A DNA stretch of 64,000 nt, taken from the NCBI GenBank assembly GCA_040377305.1, contig JBEIPA010000026.1, positions 1 through 64,000 on the forward strand. The letters run 5' to 3'. The position numbers were made by a program, and so were the translations under genes. This stretch comes from Flavobacteriales bacterium. Lineage in GTDB: Bacteria; Bacteroidota; Bacteroidia; Palsa-965. The notes below the pieces were generated by a model. The model did not search any database and was not told the DNA's origin. It was given only the letters and a program-made list of their open reading frames with translations. This document shows positions 57,468-64,000 of this stretch, piece after piece; position 1 is the stretch's first letter, and every line of letters begins with the position of its first letter.

Positions 57468-58342
57468 TGAACAAGGCTATCTTCTTTCTCATCGGTTTCA
57501 TTGCGCTATTCATGGCGTCGTGTTTACCACCGTCAATCGACATTGATGTGGAGCCAGCACCACCAAAATTGTGCATTGCATCTGTCGTGATGGGCAACAA
57601 CGGAATTGTAATCGGTTTAACACGCAGTTACAGTCCGCTGCAACAGGATCCGAATCAGGATTCCCTGAGCGATGATTTGATTGATCAGATTCTTGTATCA
57701 GGTGCAACAGTTACAATTTCATACGGTGCACAAACAGATACCCTGTTCGAAGTCGCTCCTGGAATTTACACGAACATTTCAACTTCAATCACTGAAGGAG
57801 AAACATACACATTGCGCGCCTTCGATCCTGAGATGAATTTAAGTTGCCAATCGGTTACCGTAATGCGTCCTGAAGTTGCGCTGGATACAGTTTATCCTTC
57901 GATTGATCGAACTACCGACGACACGATCGTATTTTTTCACTACCGTTTGTACGACAACACCTCTACAGAGAATTACTACGTTGTCAATTTCATCAAGAAA
58001 GTCCAGGGCGATACTACATTCGACATCAATACGATTTTCGCTGCAGGTTCGAATGAAGTACTCACCGAATTCGAATTGCTCGACGATCAGGCATTCACCA
58101 ACGGTTTGCTGGAAAAAGACGTGTCTGTGCTTTCTGCCAGTCAAACTGATACCGTTGCGGTTACTGTTTCCGAAATCTCGAAAGGTTACTACGAGTTCTT
58201 ATCTGCGATGAAACGTTCCGCGTCCATCTTCAATCAATTAACCGGAGAACCCATCACCTACCCTTCCAATGTGGAAGGCGGACACGGATATTTCACCATG
58301 CATCGTACAAATACTGATCTGTTTGATCTAAATTTGTATTGA
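57467..58342 (+). CDS. DUF4249-like lipoprotein (TonB receptor partner)
   Basis: Lipobox ASC; C-terminal PSNVEGGHGYF; start overlaps the receptor stop. Confidence 0.8.
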   Translation: MNKAIFFLIGFIALFMASCLPPSIDIDVEPAPPKLCIASVVMGNNGIVIGLTRSYSPLQQDPNQDSLSDDLIDQILVSGATVTISYGAQTDTLFEVAPGIYTNISTSITEGETYTLRAFDPEMNLSCQSVTVMRPEVALDTVYPSIDRTTDDTIVFFHYRLYDNTSTENYYVVNFIKKVQGDTTFDINTIFAAGSNEVLTEFELLDDQAFTNGLLEKDVSVLSASQTDTVAVTVSEISKGYYEFLSAMKRSASIFNQLTGEPITYPSNVEGGHGYFTMHRTNTDLFDLNLY

Positions 58343-59493
58343 TGAAATTCACACGTGGTTGGCTTGCAAGCTCCCTCTTTTTTGTCATACTAGGCATAGT
58401 CGAAGGATGCAAAAAAGATGAATACATTCCAATCAGCGACGCCTTCTACAAAACCTATTTCGGCACCGGTGATTTAACCGGTCGCAACATTCTCAAAAAC
58501 GGAAACGGCTTTGTGATTTCCGGATTCGGTCACAACACAAACGGTGATGAAGATTTCTTTCTGTGGAAGGTAGATTCAATGGGCAATGAAATCTCCCGTC
58601 ACTTTGTGGGTACCGCAGGCAACGATCAGTGTTGGGGAATTGTGAATTCGAAAGACGGTGGTTACATCTTCGCAGGATGGACGGATGTAAATGCTCCCGG
58701 CGTAAGCAACGATGTGTTGATTGTGAAAACAGACGCAGCAGGTAATCAGCTCTGGAGCAAAATCTACGGTGGTGCGTTCAACGACATTTCCACCGACATC
58801 GTGTCTGTGAATGGCGGTTACGTAGTTACTGCAATTAAAGGTCAGAACGCCGATGAAAATTCATGGATACTTCGCCTCGATGAAAACGGCGACACGTTGT
58901 GGACGTACACGTACGGAGGCAATTCGAACGACGGAGCAATGAGTGTTTGCGATAATCACGACGGTACGTATGCGATTACAGGTTACACGAACAGTTCCGG
59001 TAACGGAAGCACCGATGGATACGTGATGGTGATGAATGATCTCGGTGTGATGTTAAACTATTGGCCATTCGGTACACCAAATTACGAAGAGCCGCATTGC
59101 ATTGAATACACATTGGATGGCTGGATTATTTCCGGTCACGCAGGAACAACCGATATTCACACACACAATGTTTTTCTGCAGTATGTGAGTTGGAATGGCA
59201 CCGTCGGAGAATTTCTCACTTACGGAGACCACGAACACGATGGCGCAGAAGCCATGCGGTTGCATCGTGGTACCATTTACATCGCAGCACGCAGTTCAAG
59301 TCGTGATCCGTTGCAGGACCCACTCTATCTCGAGATTGATGAAGACGGAACTCAGCTGAATAAACAATGGCTCGGTTCGTCTCTGGAAGATCCCGGTTTC
59401 GGAATTTACGTAGACGATTATCAGCAATTAATAACAGGTTATAGCCGCGATCCGCAAAGTGGGCGCCGATTTCTCTACTTACTTCGGAGATAG
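58339..59493 (+). CDS. Beta-propeller repeat lipoprotein
   Basis: Lipobox EGC-KKD; repeats such as DGGYIFAG...KTDAAGNQLWSKIYGG. Confidence 0.75.
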   Translation: MMKFTRGWLASSLFFVILGIVEGCKKDEYIPISDAFYKTYFGTGDLTGRNILKNGNGFVISGFGHNTNGDEDFFLWKVDSMGNEISRHFVGTAGNDQCWGIVNSKDGGYIFAGWTDVNAPGVSNDVLIVKTDAAGNQLWSKIYGGAFNDISTDIVSVNGGYVVTAIKGQNADENSWILRLDENGDTLWTYTYGGNSNDGAMSVCDNHDGTYAITGYTNSSGNGSTDGYVMVMNDLGVMLNYWPFGTPNYEEPHCIEYTLDGWIISGHAGTTDIHTHNVFLQYVSWNGTVGEFLTYGDHEHDGAEAMRLHRGTIYIAARSSSRDPLQDPLYLEIDEDGTQLNKQWLGSSLEDPGFGIYVDDYQQLITGYSRDPQSGRRFLYLLRR

Positions 59494-59517
59494 TTGCATG
59501 CCGCTCTGCGGCAAATT

Positions 59518-59642
59518 TTACCACGGAGACACGGCGAGCACAGCATTCTGGATTTTCCAAGTAACACCTAAGTTCTAATCATCGATCCACACTTACAAAC
59601 GTTCTTAAATATTTCGCCGTGCTCGCCGCGCCTCCGTGGTAA
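59518..59642. repeat. Inverted-repeat element with 27-bp arms
   Basis: TTACCACGGAGACACGGCGAGCACAGC / GCCGTGCTCGCCGCGCCTCCGTGGTAA, 3 mismatches. Confidence 0.85.
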
Positions 59643-59683
59643 GGGAGCTGGATTTTGTTAATTTGCACGACCAAACACACATC

Positions 59684-60988
59684 ATGTCATCCCGAAGAGA
59701 TTTTCTAAAGAAAGCTGGATTCACCGCTGGCGCAATCGCATTACCAGGAATTTTCGAACCAATCCTTGCCGGTGGATTTGAAAATGCACTGGAGCGTGTA
59801 AACGGTGTTACTCCGGCAGTTGCTGCTTCGGATGAAGATTTCTGGAATTGGGTGAAGATGCAATTCACAGTAAATCCAAACCTGATCAATCTCAATAACG
59901 GCGGTGTAAGTCCACAACCGAAATCTGTTCAGGATGCGCACATACGCTACTACCAGTATTGCAACGAAGGTCCGTCGTATTACATGTGGCGCGAACTCGA
60001 TAAAGGTCGTGAGCCATTGCGTCGTCGTCTTGCAGATTTAGCGGGCGTTGATGCAGAAGAAGTTGCGATCAACAGAAATTCTACAGAAGGATTAAACAGC
60101 ATCATTTTCGGTTTACAATTAAAAGCCGGAGATGAAGTGATTGTATCCAAACAGGATTATCCGAATATGCTCAATGCGTGGAAGCAACGTGAGAAGCGAG
60201 ACGGGATCAAATTGGTTTGGGTCAATCACGAATTGCCTTCTGAAGACGAAGTAAAGCTCACCAAAACATATACGGACGCGTTCACAGACAAAACAAAAAT
60301 TGTTCATGTCACGCACATGATAAATTGGACGGGTCAACTTCTTCCGGTCAGGAAAATTGCAGACGCAGCACACGCAAAAAATATTGAAGTGATTTGCGAT
60401 AGCGCGCACTCCTTCGCTCAGGTCAATTTCAAAATTTCCGATCTCGGTTGCGATTATTGGGCAACGAGTTTACATAAATGGTTGTGTGCGCCATTCGGCA
60501 GCGGCATGATGTGGATCAAAAAAGACAAGATCAAGAATATCTGGTCTTTGCTTTCACACACAGATCCTGATGGCAGCGACATTCGCAAATTCGAATCGCT
60601 TGGCACGCGTTCATTTGCTTCTGAAATGGCAATCAGTGCGGCTATTGATTTTCATTTGCTCATTGGTGCAGATCGTAAAGAAGCCCGACTGAATTACCTC
60701 AAAAAATATTGGGTAGAGAAAGCACAGAAAGTGAAAGGCTTTCAATTGTACACTTCACTCAATCCGAAATTTGCCTGTTCACTCACCAACTTCTGCATCG
60801 AAGGATTCAAGCCCGAAGAAATTGACGTGAAGCTCATGGAGAAATACAGGATTCATTCTGTTGCGATCAACTGGGAGAACATCCACGGCGTTCGGGTGAC
60901 TCCGAGCGTGTATACCTCTATCGCGGAACTTGATGTACTCGTGAAAGCGATTACCGAGATAGCAGCAGCGGGTCCACCTGCAAAGTAA
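59684..60988 (+). CDS. Tat-exported PLP-dependent class V aminotransferase-fold enzyme (CefD/C-S lyase-like)
   Basis: SRRDFLK twin-arginine signal; LNNGG, NSTEG, DSAH and SLHKWLCAPFGSG motifs. Confidence 0.88.
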   Translation: MSSRRDFLKKAGFTAGAIALPGIFEPILAGGFENALERVNGVTPAVAASDEDFWNWVKMQFTVNPNLINLNNGGVSPQPKSVQDAHIRYYQYCNEGPSYYMWRELDKGREPLRRRLADLAGVDAEEVAINRNSTEGLNSIIFGLQLKAGDEVIVSKQDYPNMLNAWKQREKRDGIKLVWVNHELPSEDEVKLTKTYTDAFTDKTKIVHVTHMINWTGQLLPVRKIADAAHAKNIEVICDSAHSFAQVNFKISDLGCDYWATSLHKWLCAPFGSGMMWIKKDKIKNIWSLLSHTDPDGSDIRKFESLGTRSFASEMAISAAIDFHLLIGADRKEARLNYLKKYWVEKAQKVKGFQLYTSLNPKFACSLTNFCIEGFKPEEIDVKLMEKYRIHSVAINWENIHGVRVTPSVYTSIAELDVLVKAITEIAAAGPPAK

Positions 60989-61020
60989 ACCTTAAAGGTT
61001 TTCGAAACCTTTAAGGTTTA
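60986..61020. repeat. Perfect palindrome (REP-like)
   Basis: TAAACCTTAAAGGTTT-TCG-AAACCTTTAAGGTTTA, 16-bp stem. Confidence 0.8.
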
Positions 61021-61032
61021 ACTTTGGGACGA

Positions 61033-61503
61033 ATGAAAAACACCGCTTTCTACGGAATAGTTGTAATCGCAATCATTGCACTCGTGTGGATAACAATCAA
61101 TGCCCGCGACACGACAGAAGCACACAACGGTCCGATTACAACTGCAGACGCTCCCCAGCCCATTGGTCCGTACAGTCAGGCTGTAATCCGTGGCAATGCC
61201 TTGTTCGTCTCCGGACAAGTTGCCATCGATCCGAAAACCGGAAACGCTGATACTGCAAACATCACCACAGAAACGAAACGCGTGATGGAAAATATCAAAG
61301 CCATTCTTCTTGCGGCGAAAATGGAGATGAAAGACATCGCACAAGTTCGAATCTATCTCACCGATCTCGGCAACTTCAAAACCGTCAATGAAATTTATGG
61401 TTCTTACTTCGGAGATGGTCCCTTTCCCGCAAGAGAAACCGTTGAAGTGAGTGCGCTGCCAAAAGGAATGCACATTGAGATTAGCTGTACAGCGATTCGG
61501 TAA
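61033..61503 (+). CDS. ridA: RidA/YjgF family enamine deaminase with N-terminal signal or anchor
   Basis: APQPIGPYSQA, SGQ, VNEIYGSYF and PARETVEVSALPKGMHIEI motifs, preceded by a hydrophobic segment. Confidence 0.88.
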   Translation: MKNTAFYGIVVIAIIALVWITINARDTTEAHNGPITTADAPQPIGPYSQAVIRGNALFVSGQVAIDPKTGNADTANITTETKRVMENIKAILLAAKMEMKDIAQVRIYLTDLGNFKTVNEIYGSYFGDGPFPARETVEVSALPKGMHIEISCTAIR

Positions 61504-61582
61504 TTCGAAGATTTGAAAATTCGAAAATCCCTACGTGAAGAAAATAGACCAGTCCATATTCAAATTTTCAAATCTTCGAATT
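61503..61582. repeat. Inverted pair of octamer arrays
   Basis: ATTCGAAG ATTTGAAA ATTCGAAA, then ATTCAAAT TTTCAAAT CTTCGAAT. Confidence 0.8.
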
Positions 61583-61587
61583 CTCCA

Positions 61588-62133
61588 ATGAAGACGAGAA
61601 ACTCCATTACAGCACTTATAGCAAGTGAACACTCCCGTCACATCGTCACCCGCGTTATCAAACTGGTTGGCGACGATCAAAAGCACTTCGATGAGCTCAT
61701 GAATATCTTTCTCGGAAAAGATGAAGAGCTTGCGCGTCGAGCAGGATGGCCCATTGGATTCATCGTGCAGGATGATCCCAAACTTGTGAAGAAGTGGTTT
61801 CCGAAATTACTTGCGAACCTTGAAAATACTAATCAGCATCCCGCGATCTACAGAAACACTTTTCGTTTTCTTCAGGTGATTGAAATTCCGGAAAAATATT
61901 CCGCACACGTATTAGATGCTGCCTACAAATACGTGCTCAACGCATCCAACGCTCCAGCCGTCCGTGCTTTTGCAATTTCCACCGCATTCAACGTGGTGAA
62001 AAAGTACCCCGAACTTGCATCGGAATTAAGGATTGTTGCTGAGCAAGTAATCCAGGAAGAATCGAAAGCCATGATTTCGCGCGGCAAAAAGACCATTCTG
62101 GCTCTTGACAAGCTAATGATCCGAAACCTTTAA
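61588..62133 (+). CDS. Hypothetical HEAT/ARM-like protein
   Basis: 181 aa from ATG 61588; helical repeats (RAGW, RNTFRFLQ, AVRAFAI). Confidence 0.7.
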   Translation: MKTRNSITALIASEHSRHIVTRVIKLVGDDQKHFDELMNIFLGKDEELARRAGWPIGFIVQDDPKLVKKWFPKLLANLENTNQHPAIYRNTFRFLQVIEIPEKYSAHVLDAAYKYVLNASNAPAVRAFAISTAFNVVKKYPELASELRIVAEQVIQEESKAMISRGKKTILALDKLMIRNL

Positions 62134-62257
62134 ATTTTGGTCATTTCAACGTTTTCATGAGGCGAAATTGTTAAAAAATGAGGTTAATGAGCCCTGTCGG
62201 AGTTGCGTCAGAAGACCTACTCTAGGTATCTTAGCGCCGCTGTCCAAAAAAAACAAT

Positions 62258-64000
62258 ATGAAAAAAATTCTACTCGCATTAGTAGTTGCGCTTTGCTTTG
62301 GTCTTTCTAAAGACGTGAGCGCTCAAACAACCACATCGTTCTCTGCTCCATTGATTTGGGGTAGCAGTCCCTTCCAGGATTCGCTCTGGGCAATTGATAC
62401 TACAAACTGGCAGGTTGTACGCCGGTTGGGACCAACACTTGTTGGATTCACGATTACCGGCATGAACGGATTGGCACAAGATCCTACAACCGGCCTTACC
62501 TATGTGATTATGAAAGTTTCCTCAGTTTCGGGTCGCGTTCTGGGCTTGATTGATTTAAATACCGGCGTGTGCACCCAAATCGGAAACCTTGGCGACAACT
62601 TCTCATCCATCACATTCGATGAAACAGGTCAGATGTGGGGAACAACCGGCGACGGAGCAACCGTTCCAGAATCACTTTATAAAATAGATAAACTTACCGC
62701 AACCAAAACACTGCAATATGCAATGGGAAATGGGGCCGACGGGGAAATTATTTGCTACAACCGAATCGATGATCACATGTATCACTGGTCCGGGAACGGC
62801 ACGGTTGTTATGGAAAAATGGCCAGTCAATAACGTGACTTATACACCGACTAATATTCCGACCACAGGTACTCCGGGTGGCGAAACCTTCGGAATGCTTT
62901 ACAATGGACCCACTTCTTTCATCTGTTCAAACATCAGCAGCAGCTTGAAGAGAGTTAGCACAATAGGATCCTATGATGCTGCAAATCTGAGCAACAACCC
63001 TGACGATCTTCGTGGACTCATCATGCTTCCTTATTTCAACGCTTCGGATGATACAATCTGTGAAGAAGTTGAATCGATCACAATAACCGGCGGTGGACAC
63101 CAATTGCTTTCGCACTTCATTTTCCACTGGGGAGACGGCACATTCGATACGCTTGCAACAGTAAATGGTGTCTTGACTAGTGCAAGTCATACATACCCAA
63201 CTCCGGGAGCACGCACAATTCACGTTGAAACGTACAACGGATTCGGCGGAGATACGGTTTACTCTTACATTCTTCAGGTTAACAATATCCCGACGGTTGC
63301 TCTTTCCGGACCTACCACAATTTGTTCCGGGGCTGCGGTAACACTCACTGGTTCATCGGGCGGAACAAGTCAGTGGTACATGAACGGAGTTCTGCTTCCA
63401 GGCGAAACGTCAAATACAATCACAACTACAACACCGGGTTGGTACAATATGATCAAGTCTAACCTGAACAGTTGCGGAGATTCTGCTGCAGTGGGTATCA
63501 ATGTTATCGCGGCTCCAAATCCTGTCGTGAATCTGGGTAACGATACAGCCGTTTGCGGATCTGCTCAGCTCGATGCAGGTAATGCAGGCTCAACCTATTC
63601 ATGGAATACCGGAGATACAACGCAGATGACAACTGTTGTGTCGAGTGGAACTTTTGATGTAATGATCACAGACACGAATGGCTGTTCTGATCGTGATACA
63701 ATCAATGTCAACGTAAATCCATTGCCGGTTGTGAACCTGGGACCTGATACATCAGACTGCGTTGGTGTAACTCTTGATGCAGGAAATGCCGGCGCTTCAT
63801 TTCTGTGGTGCGACGGTTCAACTACGCAAACCGCGACATTCTTAAGCAGCACAATTTGCGCCGTAACAGTTACTGACGGGAACGGATGTTCAATGAACGA
63901 TACAATTAGCGTTACAATTTTTGGTAACCCAACTGTGTCTCTCACCGCTATGCTGGATTCAATGTGCAACGGCGTTCCTCCTGTTCCATTGTTCGCAACA
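62258..64000 (+). CDS. Large secreted protein (propeller-like N-terminus, PKD, Ig-like repeats), runs off the window; probable T9SS cargo
   Basis: MKKILLALVVALCFGLSKDVSA-Q signal; FHWGDG; VNLGNDT..LDAGNAGSTYSW repeats; still in frame at the window end. Missing from the ORF track. Confidence 0.85.
   Translation, partial: MKKILLALVVALCFGLSKDVSAQTTTSFSAPLIWGSSPFQDSLWAIDTTNWQVVRRLGPTLVGFTITGMNGLAQDPTTGLTYVIMKVSSVSGRVLGLIDLNTGVCTQIGNLGDNFSSITFDETGQMWGTTGDGATVPESLYKIDKLTATKTLQYAMGNGADGEIICYNRIDDHMYHWSGNGTVVMEKWPVNNVTYTPTNIPTTGTPGGETFGMLYNGPTSFICSNISSSLKRVSTIGSYDAANLSNNPDDLRGLIMLPYFNASDDTICEEVESITITGGGHQLLSHFIFHWGDGTFDTLATVNGVLTSASHTYPTPGARTIHVETYNGFGGDTVYSYILQVNNIPTVALSGPTTICSGAAVTLTGSSGGTSQWYMNGVLLPGETSNTITTTTPGWYNMIKSNLNSCGDSAAVGINVIAAPNPVVNLGNDTAVCGSAQLDAGNAGSTYSWNTGDTTQMTTVVSSGTFDVMITDTNGCSDRDTINVNVNPLPVVNLGPDTSDCVGVTLDAGNAGASFLWCDGSTTQTATFLSSTICAVTVTDGNGCSMNDTISVTIFGNPTVSLTAMLDSMCNGVPPVPLFAT

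Overview
Chromosomal window from a Bacteroidota (Bacteroidetes) bacterium, inferred from type IX secretion (T9SS) cargo with a PorP/SprF gene, TAnnTTTG promoters and the dapB-lepB-lepB-wbqC gene order. It is mostly housekeeping genes (serC, serA, yggS, aroK, recA, rpsP, rimM, dapB, two lepB, tRNA-Lys) and large secreted adhesin-like proteins, plus a general-stress/NHEJ cluster (ku, ligD, DUF421, YihY, cupin). The window opens in the 3' end of an IS110-family recombinase that abuts a REP-like hairpin. It closes inside a large secreted protein that is absent from the ORF track. I found no CRISPR-Cas, prophage or recognisable defence system. Best leads: (1) a Tat-exported PLP class V enzyme followed by a RidA with its own signal/anchor, a possible extracytoplasmic enamine-detox pair; (2) an IS110 junction whose REP target can be reconstructed; (3) a candidate ~250-nt sRNA with a duplicated motif downstream of recA; (4) sigma54-like promoters placing ku and the cupin gene at +1, plus many apparently leaderless housekeeping genes; (5) several families of palindromic intergenic elements, including a 109-bp-period array. 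All calls were made by eye, with no database searches or folding computations.
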